32,000 bases of DNA from Edaphobacter aggregans (GTDB lineage Bacteria > Acidobacteriota > Terriglobia > Terriglobales > Acidobacteriaceae): contig NZ_RSDW01000001.1 of assembly GCF_003945235.1 (NCBI RefSeq), positions 5,670,001 through 5,702,000 of the forward strand. The letters run 5' to 3'. Each line of letters opens with the position of its first letter. The first letter of the stretch is position 1. The notes below the pieces were generated by a model. It had not been told where the DNA came from. It saw nothing but the letters and a program-made list of their open reading frames with translations, and did no database searches. The translations under genes were made by a program, and so were the position numbers. Positions 18,525 to 26,460 of the stretch are shown here, one piece after another.

Positions 18525-18618
18525 CCCCCGGAATTTAGAACCCTGTACCTCGCCAGACTTGGACGTTTGATTCCAATTGCGCACGGGAGCGAGGTCAGAT
18601 GATTTTTCAGGAGGAGCG

Positions 18619-21600
18619 ATGCTGAGGAACTTAGGAAGACTCACAACACAGATCGCTTTTGGAATTTGGATGATCACAGGCGGGGCTTCGCTGGCCCAGA
18701 CAGTCCGCGGAGGGCTTGCGGGCACCATAACTGATTCCACGGGAGCCGTGATCGTGGGTGCCCACGTCCAGGCAAAGAATCAACATACAGGCGACAGATC
18801 TACCGCCATCACTACGTCAGCCGGCACTTATCGATTTCCCGAACTTCCGCTCGGGACATATGACGTGACTGTTTCCGCTTCGGGTTTCAGGAATTCAGTG
18901 TCGACCGGAGTCCTGGTGCAGATCCAGCAGGTAACGGCGCTGAATATAACCATCGAAGCCGGAGCCACAACTGAGACGGTGACGGTGAACGCCAATGCAC
19001 CGACAATTCAGACGGAGACGTCTGACATGGGCGGCATTGTTGGCAGCAAGCAGATTGTTGAACTTCCACTGGCACTCGGTGGGGTAGGAGCGCTGCGCTC
19101 TCCGGAGGCATTTCAATTTCTGCTTCCGGGCACTACGGGGCCCGGTACTGCGAACAGCAACAACGGAATATTCTTGTCCAAAATCGCGGGCGGTCAGAAC
19201 TACGGCAATGAAGTGTTGATTGACGGCGCCAGCCAGCAGCGCAGCGAGAATGGATCGTCGTTTGATGAAGAAGCGCCTTCTGTGGAGGCGCTGCAGGAGT
19301 TCAAGATCACGACCGCCCTGCCGGAGGCGGAATATGGCCGTACGACGGGCGGAATTTCAAACTTCGTGACCAAGAACGGCACCAACAGTTTTCACGGCAC
19401 TGCCTATGAGATTTTTCGTAATCAGGCCCTGAACGCCAACACATGGTTCAACAACGGTGACCGCGCCTTTTTCTGTTCCGGCTCGAACGACACTCCCGAG
19501 TGCCGCTCTACATATGACACGCCGCAGGACAGGAAAAATGACTACGGCGTGACCCTAGGCGGTCCGGTATGGATACCTAGAGTCTTCAATGGCAGAGACA
19601 AGCTATTTTTCTTCTTTAGTTGGGAGCAGCTTGCCTACAAGCTTGGCGCTACTACTACCTCGAGCGTGCCGACGGTTGCGATGCGCAATGGCGATTTCTC
19701 TGCACCGCTCATTTACCGGACGGATCTGGCGCCAGTTGGGACCAATCCCTGCCAAGGCAATGCTTCAGTCTACCAAGGCGAGATATTCGATCCGCAGACG
19801 GAGCGCACGGTATCAACGCCCAATGGACCGGTCAGATGTAGAGATCAATTTTCCGGCAACAAGATTGACCCCAGCCGTTTCAGCTCGGCCGCCAAGAATA
19901 TATTGGCTTACTATCCCGCACCGACGAACAGTCAGCAGTTCAACAACTTTGTATTTCCTAGTTCTATCCCCATCAACAACACGACATATACGGTGCGAAT
20001 CGACGCAACCCTATCAGACAAGAGCCGAATGTGGGGTTCTTACAGTGCTCGTGAGAATAATCGCACCTCCGGTAATAGCCCACTCCTTCCCGATCCAGTT
20101 GATCCCAATACTTGGAAGCAGGATTTCCTGACACACTTTGGACGTTTCGGCTGGGACTATTCGTTCTCGCCTCACCTTCTGAACCACCTCAACTTCGGAA
20201 CCAACCGGTCCAACAGCATCAACTATGCACAAGCCATCTTCGCGAACAAGAACTGGTCGCAGGAGCTGGGTATCGGCAATGCTGATTCCCTTAATTTCCC
20301 TCAGATCGTGAATGGGAACGTTGTAAACTTAGGCAATCCGCCACAAAACGACGACAACATCGATAACGGTTTACGCCTCAACGAGAGCGTTGCCTGGGAA
20401 AAAGGCCGCCACAGTTTCGCCTTTGGTGTCGACCTTCGCTGGCAGCAGTATTCGCCGATTAACGGAAACAGCCCCACGATTAATTTCTGCGGGAATGAGA
20501 CTGCATCCTCTGCCGGCATTGCCGACGGATACGCATTCGCGAGCCAGATGCTAGGGCTGGCGTGCGGCGGTGGACAGAGCATTATTCCGCACCAGTCCCG
20601 CTGGACCTCGTGGTACTACGGCTTGTTTGCCCAAGACAATCTTAAGGTCAGCCAGAACCTGACCCTGAATCTTGGTCTACGCTGGGATGTCGACATGCCA
20701 CGTCATGAGGCGAAAAATTATACCTCGAACTTCAGTCCTACAGCCGTCGATCCGGAGTTTAATGTTCCGGGTGCGCTGGTGTTCGGCACAAACTGTAACG
20801 GTTGCAATACCGCATGGGCCGACACCTGGTACAAGAACATAGCCCCACGCCTTGGTTTTGCCTACACTCTGCCGGAGTCTCACGGAACGACTGTTTTACG
20901 CGGCGGGGGCGGAATTGTATACGGGCCACTTCAATATTCTGATTTCGGCGGGAGCATGAATTCAGGGTATCGTGCTAATCCGACTTGGCCGGATAACGGG
21001 TTCGATCCCTCCTTTATCCTCGATTCCGGATTTCCGGCATTCGCGCAACCTCCGAATCTTGATCCCGGAATCTTCAATGGTCAGGCTGTAAGCGGTTCCT
21101 ATATCGAACCGCAGTACGGCCGTCCGGCGATGATCAGCGAATGGACCCTGCAGGTGCAGCAGCAACTCGCGCAGGACCTGATTATGACAGTTGGGTATGT
21201 CGGAAACAAGGCGCAGAACCTGCACTCGAACATCCAGAACATCAACAACATTGATCAGAAGTATTTCTCACTCGGCAACCATCTGAATGATCAGGTCGTC
21301 GGCAACACCGTGGGGGTTACACAGCCATTCGCCGGTTTCGACGCCCTTTGGCATGGAGCACAGGTGCAGCGGGCGCTGCGCCCCTTCCCGCAATACGATT
21401 TCATTGACAGCGGCTGCTGCCTGCAAAACGTTGGTATGTCGAGTTATCACGCTCTGCTGGTTTCTGTTGAACGCCGATTCCGCGACGGCCTGAACTTGCT
21501 TGGCTCATACACATGGGCCAAGCAAATCACCAACTCTGACAGCCTGCTGCCCAACAACGGTGTTGGAGTGGCCCAGGTGCAGAATGTAAATAACCTGCAT

Positions 21601-22263
21601 GACGAGAAGGCCATCAGCGCGCAGGATGTGCCACACACCGTGGTTCTAAGCTGGCTGTATCAGCTCCCCTTCGGACCTGGCAGGCACTGGGTGAACCACG
21701 GTTTTGCCAGCTACGTTGTCGGCGGCTGGCAACTCGGCGGCGTCCAGCGATATATGTCTGGCCAGCCTATCTCCTTTTGCTGTGCGACCGGGATTCCGGG
21801 CTTCCAGAACCAGATCCGGTTTAATCGGGTGCTTGGTTCAGGGCTGAAGAGTCCGGCGTACCAACAGGGGCGCATCAATCCCATTGGCGCACAGACAGCA
21901 ATTCCGAACGAGAACACGCTGTTCAATCTTGATACGATCCGCCAGCCGCAAGGCGGCGCTTTCTTCGATCAGAATGCTGTCGCGAACCGCGGACAATTTG
22001 GCGCATTCAGCCTCGGCAATATGCCGCGCGTAACCGGCGAAGCGCGTACGCCGAGATACTATAACGAGGATTTCAGTATCCTCAAAAACACGACAATTCA
22101 CGAGAACATCGTATTCCAGCTCAAATTCGAGTTGCTGAATGCGTTTAACCGTCACACCTTCAGCATCCCGGATACAGCCCCGAACGACAACCTATTTGGG
22201 GTGCCGAACGGCACGTTGACGAATCCACGGAACGTGCAGATTACTGGAAGGATCAACTTCTAA
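18619..22263 (+). CDS. TonB-dependent outer-membrane receptor with N-terminal carboxypeptidase-regulatory-like domain (acidobacterial type)
   Basis: Signal peptide MLRNLGRLTTQIAFGIWMITGGASLAQ. The CarboxypepD_reg domain reads GLAGTITDSTGAVIVGAHVQAKNQHTG...TYRFPELPLGTYDVTVSASGF. Plug and barrel follow, with C-terminal ...FELLNAFNRHTF...RNVQITGRINF*. Strong SD AGGAGG precedes ATG 18619; the ORF-track start at 18577 is less likely. Confidence 0.93.
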   Translation: MLRNLGRLTTQIAFGIWMITGGASLAQTVRGGLAGTITDSTGAVIVGAHVQAKNQHTGDRSTAITTSAGTYRFPELPLGTYDVTVSASGFRNSVSTGVLVQIQQVTALNITIEAGATTETVTVNANAPTIQTETSDMGGIVGSKQIVELPLALGGVGALRSPEAFQFLLPGTTGPGTANSNNGIFLSKIAGGQNYGNEVLIDGASQQRSENGSSFDEEAPSVEALQEFKITTALPEAEYGRTTGGISNFVTKNGTNSFHGTAYEIFRNQALNANTWFNNGDRAFFCSGSNDTPECRSTYDTPQDRKNDYGVTLGGPVWIPRVFNGRDKLFFFFSWEQLAYKLGATTTSSVPTVAMRNGDFSAPLIYRTDLAPVGTNPCQGNASVYQGEIFDPQTERTVSTPNGPVRCRDQFSGNKIDPSRFSSAAKNILAYYPAPTNSQQFNNFVFPSSIPINNTTYTVRIDATLSDKSRMWGSYSARENNRTSGNSPLLPDPVDPNTWKQDFLTHFGRFGWDYSFSPHLLNHLNFGTNRSNSINYAQAIFANKNWSQELGIGNADSLNFPQIVNGNVVNLGNPPQNDDNIDNGLRLNESVAWEKGRHSFAFGVDLRWQQYSPINGNSPTINFCGNETASSAGIADGYAFASQMLGLACGGGQSIIPHQSRWTSWYYGLFAQDNLKVSQNLTLNLGLRWDVDMPRHEAKNYTSNFSPTAVDPEFNVPGALVFGTNCNGCNTAWADTWYKNIAPRLGFAYTLPESHGTTVLRGGGGIVYGPLQYSDFGGSMNSGYRANPTWPDNGFDPSFILDSGFPAFAQPPNLDPGIFNGQAVSGSYIEPQYGRPAMISEWTLQVQQQLAQDLIMTVGYVGNKAQNLHSNIQNINNIDQKYFSLGNHLNDQVVGNTVGVTQPFAGFDALWHGAQVQRALRPFPQYDFIDSGCCLQNVGMSSYHALLVSVERRFRDGLNLLGSYTWAKQITNSDSLLPNNGVGVAQVQNVNNLHDEKAISAQDVPHTVVLSWLYQLPFGPGRHWVNHGFASYVVGGWQLGGVQRYMSGQPISFCCATGIPGFQNQIRFNRVLGSGLKSPAYQQGRINPIGAQTAIPNENTLFNLDTIRQPQGGAFFDQNAVANRGQFGAFSLGNMPRVTGEARTPRYYNEDFSILKNTTIHENIVFQLKFELLNAFNRHTFSIPDTAPNDNLFGVPNGTLTNPRNVQITGRINF

Positions 22264-22637
22264 GCACCTTGGGGGGTAACCGCTTCAAGACATTAACGGC
22301 ATCACAGCGAAATTGAAACTTTGTTCTTTCGGTAATGGCGAAGTCACGGAAATCGACGCATCCACGTTTTGCATGCCCGGTCCGTTCAAGGTGTTCACTC
22401 GCAACGTGCCATCTAAACCACTAAGGCCAACGCCGGTGCATCCGGTGGTCCCTGAAGTGCAAAAGGCCGCCGGATCGAACCACTTGTATGGCGCCGCGCT
22501 CCTCGAAGCTATGCCTGTCGCGGGTCGCTTGCCTGTGGTAAGGTTCGGCCGCTGATTTGAGCTTGTATTTTGGGAGTAGTTGCTGCAAGTGTGAGACCAG
22601 CAATGGCAGCTAAAGCAAGAAATCTAATTGCACGCAT
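22257..22637 (-). pseudogene. Remnant of a second TonB-dependent receptor: signal peptide fused to a frameshifted piece of the C-terminal barrel
   Basis: On the minus strand, ATG 22637 gives MRAIRFLALAAIAGLTLAATTPKIQAQISG (receptor-type signal peptide). Two other frames then give ...YKWFDPAAF...GTLRVNTLNGPGMQNVDASI / RDFAITERTKFQFRCDAVNVL. This matches the C-terminal barrel consensus seen in the intact neighbour. About 1000 aa of interior sequence are missing. Confidence 0.6.
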
Positions 22638-22951
22638 ACGCAAACCTCAGTGGTTTGGATGCGAATTTATGAGTAATGTTGTGCCAACTCGTAGCTCAAC
22701 TAGGAAAAGAACAGGTTCTTACGAAATGCACATAGTGTGAGCAATTTGGGCCAGCTTTGCTGCAGCAGCAAAAGTTAGTATCTGTTTAGGCAGGAAACTA
22801 CCCATCAGCAAAACCAATTCGCCCTCTTGTCCTCAATGGGAAGAGTGCCCTTTTGCCTGAGTCTATGGGAGCGGCCAGATACTGGCGCAAGCGCCCCCGA
22901 CGAATGTTGTCCATTCTCTACACGGTACTCAGGAGGATTAATGAAACTCTA

Positions 22952-23612
22952 TTGAAGACTTCGACCTTTGGCGCGGTGCTTGCTTTAGTGACCGCTTTTG
23001 CGTCGGCAGATTCGATTCAACTAGGTAGTTACCAGACCGGTGGTTCAAACCTGGGTAATGGAAACACTGCTGTTGCTTTCGTGGGAGGATCTACCACAAC
23101 ATTTGCTCTCAACCCAGATGGTGTGTGGGCGTCTGCAGGAGCCAACTCATTCTGGGTCTCGAATAATGCAGGATCAGGCCCAGAAGGAAGCGTTGTTGAG
23201 CCCAACGCTGTCTATTCGTACACCACCACCTTCACTATCCTATTCAGCAATTACACCGGCTCCATCTCGATACTGGCCGACGACACAACCGATGTGATCT
23301 TCAACGGTCACATGCTGGATCCAGAAGGCAATCTCGGCAGCGACGCTCATTGTGCCACCTCCTAACTGTTCCGTTCTAACGTTGATTACCCTTCCAACGG
23401 GGGACTTTCTGATTGGCCTGAACACACTGCAATTCGATGTGCAGCAAGAAATCGGCGGGACGGGACTTGACTTTTACGGATCAGTCACGTCAGCCGTTTC
23501 AATCGCGGCCATTTCGGAACTAGGAACGCTGTTGCTCTTGGGGACCGGTCTGATCGGATTTGCCGGTGCATTGATGCGCAGGTCGCGAGCTAAGCTCCAA
23601 ACACGAGGTTAA
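22952..23612 (+). pseudogene. PEP-CTERM-type secreted protein, split by a +1 frameshift and with a degenerate sorting motif
   Basis: ORF 22853..23365 (signal-like KTSTFGAVLALVTAFASA from TTG 22952) ends at ...GSDAHCATS*. ORF 23352..23612 continues in another frame (PPNCSV...GLNTLQFDVQQEIGGTGLDFYGSV) and ends with a PEP-CTERM-like anchor, ISELGTLLLLGTGLIGFAGALMRRSR. In that anchor PEP is replaced by SEL (23514-23522). Confidence 0.6.
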
Positions 23613-24011
23613 AAACTTTAAGCCCCAATCTTCCTCTAATCAGGATGATGGGGCTTCAGCAATCGCTTCGTATCCCGGTAATCGTCCCTGATCGTCTCGA
23701 AGTACGGCTTTCGCGTATTGTACGGCCATGCGTCGCATGGACATCCGAACCCAACCCGAACTTCACTGCGGCTGCGAATCAATCGAACGCTGGTCCGGCG
23801 GTGCAATCTAACTTATCCGACGGTTGCACTCCTCACGATTTAGTCCCGACGATTCTCACCGAGTGTTTGGCCCTGTTAGCAATAGTTGTAGGGCTGGGCA
23901 CTTGTCCGGAAAATCGACTTTCGTCCAACTACAAACCTTTGGATTGGCTACCATCATCCGGAACACCCCAAGCCTCCCTTTTCAGGCTCAATGAGTGACT
24001 CGGTCGGATCT

Positions 24012-24383
24012 TTACTCGCTGAACGGAATGCCAAACGCAAGCATGGCCGTCGATGGTGGTCGATGTTGTGAGCCGATAACCGTTGGCTCCTTCCCCATAG
24101 CTTTCCAGACCGAAAACGCCGCATCATTCATATAAAGAAGTCGCACCTGATCGCTGGTTTCGCCTCTCTGGCTGTAGATGCTTACTGTTCTTAACAGTTT
24201 TGTCTGGTCTGATTCAGTAAGGAAATAGCTCATGCTTATAGCAGGCGCATTCTGAATATCCCGTACTTCGCTTTCACTTTGCGCGATGATTCGGTAGTTC
24301 ATGGAATCTGTGAGGTGCCTCGCCTCAAGCCGAAATAAGACCTCATTCGAGGTATCGCCGGATGCATATTGGACATCATTCAT
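24012..24383 (-). CDS. Hypothetical 123-aa protein, last gene of the small-protein cassette
   Basis: Its ATG overlaps the stop of the upstream gene by 8 nt (GAATATGAATGATG), which suggests translational coupling. No family recognised. Lower GC than the surroundings. Confidence 0.5.
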   Translation of the reverse strand: MNDVQYASGDTSNEVLFRLEARHLTDSMNYRIIAQSESEVRDIQNAPAISMSYFLTESDQTKLLRTVSIYSQRGETSDQVRLLYMNDAAFSVWKAMGKEPTVIGSQHRPPSTAMLAFGIPFSE

Positions 24384-24714
24384 ATTCTTCTTTTAGTGCG
24401 AGGGTCGTGCCAACTGGCAAATGTGAACGGCACATAGTGGCTTTATTCGTCTTCGAGAAGCCGTAATACCTTCGCCAACAATCTACACAGCGAATTGGAC
24501 GTAACGCTAGAAAAGATAAAGACCGGTCGAGAGGATGGAACTTCGCATCGGTAAACTCGATCGAGCTACAGACTGGGCACTCTTTAGGAGAACCTAGCAA
24601 TCTGGGAAATCCAGCCGGCCATCTAAAGTGCAGCGAGTTCATTTCCTTGACTCCATACTGAATCGTGACGCTGAACTCCATACTGCATTTGATGTCATGA
24701 GAACAGGCGCGCAC
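24376..24714 (-). CDS. Small 4-Cys zinc-ribbon protein
   Basis: CPVC-N26-CVDC (…SPKECPVCSSIEFTDAKFHPLDRSLSFLALRPIRCVDCWRRYYGF…). The likely real start is ATG 24642 (MNSLHF, with GGAG 8 nt upstream), giving 88 aa. The maximal ORF starts with GTG at 24714. Confidence 0.5.
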   Translation of the reverse strand: MRACSHDIKCSMEFSVTIQYGVKEMNSLHFRWPAGFPRLLGSPKECPVCSSIEFTDAKFHPLDRSLSFLALRPIRCVDCWRRYYGFSKTNKATMCRSHLPVGTTLALKEEYE

Positions 24715-24731
24715 GTTCCTGACGATGCTTG

Positions 24732-24941
24732 CTACGAGGAGACAAGAATAGGATTCACCACTAGCGAAGATTCATCCCCACCGGCTATTCGGGAAAGGGC
24801 ATCGTTGATGGTGTCTGTGGTGTTTTGCGCGACGATGTGAAGACGGCGAGTTGCCTTTGAGGTTGTTTGACACAGCTTGTACTTGTTATCGACCTTTTCC
24901 CGGGCACGAAAGATAAGTTCTGAGCGCACATTAGTCTCCAC
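24732..24941 (-). CDS. RNA-polymerase omega-subunit-like small protein (divergent, start uncertain)
   Basis: RSELIFRAREKVDNKYKLCQTTSKATRRLH aligns by eye with RpoZ N-termini (Thermus [25 protein letters not shown]; B. subtilis [25 protein letters not shown]). TINDALSRIAGG aligns with the downstream AL-EI--G helix at similar spacing. GTG starts at 24941 or 24929 give 65-69 aa, which is omega-sized. The 124-aa ORF-track version (start 25106) would overlap the unlisted gene at 25063..25236. Confidence 0.45.
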   Translation of the reverse strand: METNVRSELIFRAREKVDNKYKLCQTTSKATRRLHIVAQNTTDTINDALSRIAGGDESSLVVNPILVSS

Positions 24942-25062
24942 GTTCTTTGCGGCGTTCAGACTATGTTCTGCTGAGTTCGCGGGTGAAATGCAGGTTCTTG
25001 TTGCTTCGATCTTCGGACTCTTCGAAACGCAGCCGAGTCCAGATCCACGCGAGCAAAAAACG

Positions 25063-25236
25063 CTAATCGATTCGAACCATGCGCCCATTGAGTGAGAGGC
25101 AAACATGGATGCTCTCGGCTCGCTCTAGGTCTGCCTCTTCGCGGCTTTCCCCCACCGTTCTATAACATTCCGGGCAGATTGATTGCCACGTCCCATCAGG
25201 GTTGTAGCGGTGCGAAAATTTGATTTCAACCATCAT
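25063..25236 (-). CDS. 57-aa CxxC...HxC mini-protein (paralog B; below the ORF-track length cut-off)
   Basis: Manual translation gives MMVEIKFSHRYNPDGTWQSICPECYRTVGESREEADLERAESIHVCLSLNGRMVRID*. It shares HR-N-DG---SIC--C------R-EADL------HVC with the gene immediately upstream. Confidence 0.55.
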   Translation of the reverse strand: MMVEIKFSHRYNPDGTWQSICPECYRTVGESREEADLERAESIHVCLSLNGRMVRID

Positions 25237-25282
25237 CACGCCGCCTAAAGACGTTGTTCAGAAATGGCCAAGGCTGGATTGG

Positions 25283-25480
25283 TTAGCGCGGTGTCCGAGC
25301 GCGATCAAAAGCCTGTTGGGACAAGATGGAAGGAGTGCAAACGTGATCCTTGTCGTGCGCTGCCAGATCGGCTTCAATTCTTGCATTAGCAATCGTGATC
25401 AAGCACTTCAGACAAATGGAGTCGAACGAACCGTCTCGATTTCGTCTATGCGGGAAGAAGGGCGGAAGGGTGAGAACCAT
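25283..25480 (-). CDS. 65-aa CxxC...HxC mini-protein (paralog A)
   Basis: MVLTLPPFFPHRRNRDGSFDSICLKCLITIANARIEADLAAHDKDHVCTPS... SD GAGAGAGG lies 8 nt upstream of ATG 25480. The ORF-track start at 25531 is less likely. Confidence 0.6.
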   Translation of the reverse strand: MVLTLPPFFPHRRNRDGSFDSICLKCLITIANARIEADLAAHDKDHVCTPSILSQQAFDRARTPR

Positions 25481-25655
25481 CTTGACGCCTCTCTCTTGGT
25501 TATGCCTAAGCGTAGTCCTATACGAGTGCATTGTCTACGAGAATAGATAAACGCATGGTGCAACCCCCTTCAACTTTTCGCGACCTTCACTCTGGAATGC
25601 CGGGCCTCTTTTGTACCAGTTGAGATGAGACAATCTGGAACAAGAGGAGCTGTGT

Positions 25656-26098
25656 ATGGCACGAGGAAAGAAGCATACGGCGGAGCAGATCGTGAATCTG
25701 CTGCGACAGGTTGAAGTGGGTGTTGCGAACGGGAAGACGTTACCGCAAGCCTGCTAGGAAGCCGAGATTGTGGAGCAGACCTACTACCGGTGGCGCAAGG
25801 AATATGGTGGGTTGACGGTGGATCAGGCTCGACGGTTGAAGGAACTGGAGCAGGAGAACGCGAAGCTGAAGCGGTTGGTATCGGAGTTGAGCCTGGAGAA
25901 GCTGGTGTTGAAGGACATCGCCTCGGGAAACTTCTAAGCCCTGAACGACGGCGTTGTGCGGTGAGCCATGCGCGGCAAGCGCATGGCATGAGCCAGCGGC
26001 GTGCGTGCCGTATGGTGAAACAGCCACGCGGCACCCAGCGCTATCGGCCGACACAGCGAGACGACGAAGATAGGCCTACCCAGGCCATCGTAACGTTG
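25656..26098 (+). mobile_element. IS3-family (IS407/IS2-like) remnant: OrfA with an internal stop, an intact -1 frameshift signal, and the first ~55 codons of OrfB
   Basis: OrfA reads MARGKKHTAEQIVNLLRQVEVGVANGKTLPQAC-TAG(25755-25757)-EAEIVEQTYYRWRKEYGGL...LKELEQENAKLKRLVSELSLEKLVLKDIASGNF*. The slippery heptamer G_GGA_AAC at 25925-25931 is in the correct phase. The -1 frame gives LSPERRRCAVSHARQAHGMSQRRACRMVKQPRGTQRYRPTQRDDEDRPTQAIVTLA and then stops resembling OrfB. The left inverted repeat was not identified; it probably lies within 25565-25655. Confidence 0.85.
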
Positions 26099-26460
26099 GC
26101 CATCGTGGCCGCCATCGGCAACGGCGCAGCCTTCCGGAAGGGGCGCGACTTTGCCGCGTGGCTCGGTGTCGTGCCGCGGCAGTACTCGACTGGAGGCGAG
26201 GCGAGGTTGCTCGGCATCAGCAAACGCGGCAACGTCTACCTGCGAAAGATCCTCATCCACGGGCACGGGCACGGGCTGCGGTACTGCGGATCAAGCGGGA
26301 TCGGGCGCCCATCGGAGCCTGGCTGGATGCGCTCGATGCCCGCGCCGCGAAAAACGTCGTCGTGGTCGCCATGGCCAATAAGCTGGCGCGCATCGCATGG
26401 GCTGTGTTATCCAGCGGAGAAGACTACAGACCAAGCAGCAACATGGTCACAGCATCGTGA
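26099..26460 (+). mobile_element. IS110-family transposase 3' fragment (C-terminal ~120 codons), frameshifted
   Basis: IVAAIGNGAAFRKGRDFAAWLGVVPRQYSTGGEARLLGISKRGNVYLRKILIHG continues in another frame as ARAAVLRIKRDRAPIGAWLDALDARAAKNVVVVAMANKLARIAWAVLSSGEDYRP...*. The shift coincides with CACGGG x3 (26258-26275), consistent with a 5-nt tandem duplication. The N-terminal DEDD domain is absent. Confidence 0.8.

Noticed and set aside
22465-22485. tRNA-like T-loop sequence (complement reads GGTTCGATCC)
   Set aside because: The flanking bases cannot form a T-stem or acceptor stem, and the site lies inside the receptor-remnant coding sequence (KWFDPAAF). No tRNA is present.
23645-23998. 117-aa + strand ORF between the PEP-CTERM gene and the small-gene cassette; short minus-strand ORFs of 33-36 aa in the same gap
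   Set aside because: There is no SD or start context, no family resemblance and a mixed composition. It cannot be supported from sequence alone.
25570-26054. Minus-strand ORFs of 154 and 104 aa, and + strand ORF 25790..26536 (248 aa) taken as a single gene
   Set aside because: The minus ORFs are antisense to the clearly recognisable IS3 OrfA. The 248-aa + strand ORF is an accidental read-through joining IS3 OrfB, IS110 and out-of-frame sequence.
26258-26275. CACGGG x3 tandem repeat considered as a microsatellite or CRISPR-like feature
   Set aside because: There are only three 6-nt units and no spacers. It is best explained as a 5-nt duplication causing the frameshift in the IS110 fragment.
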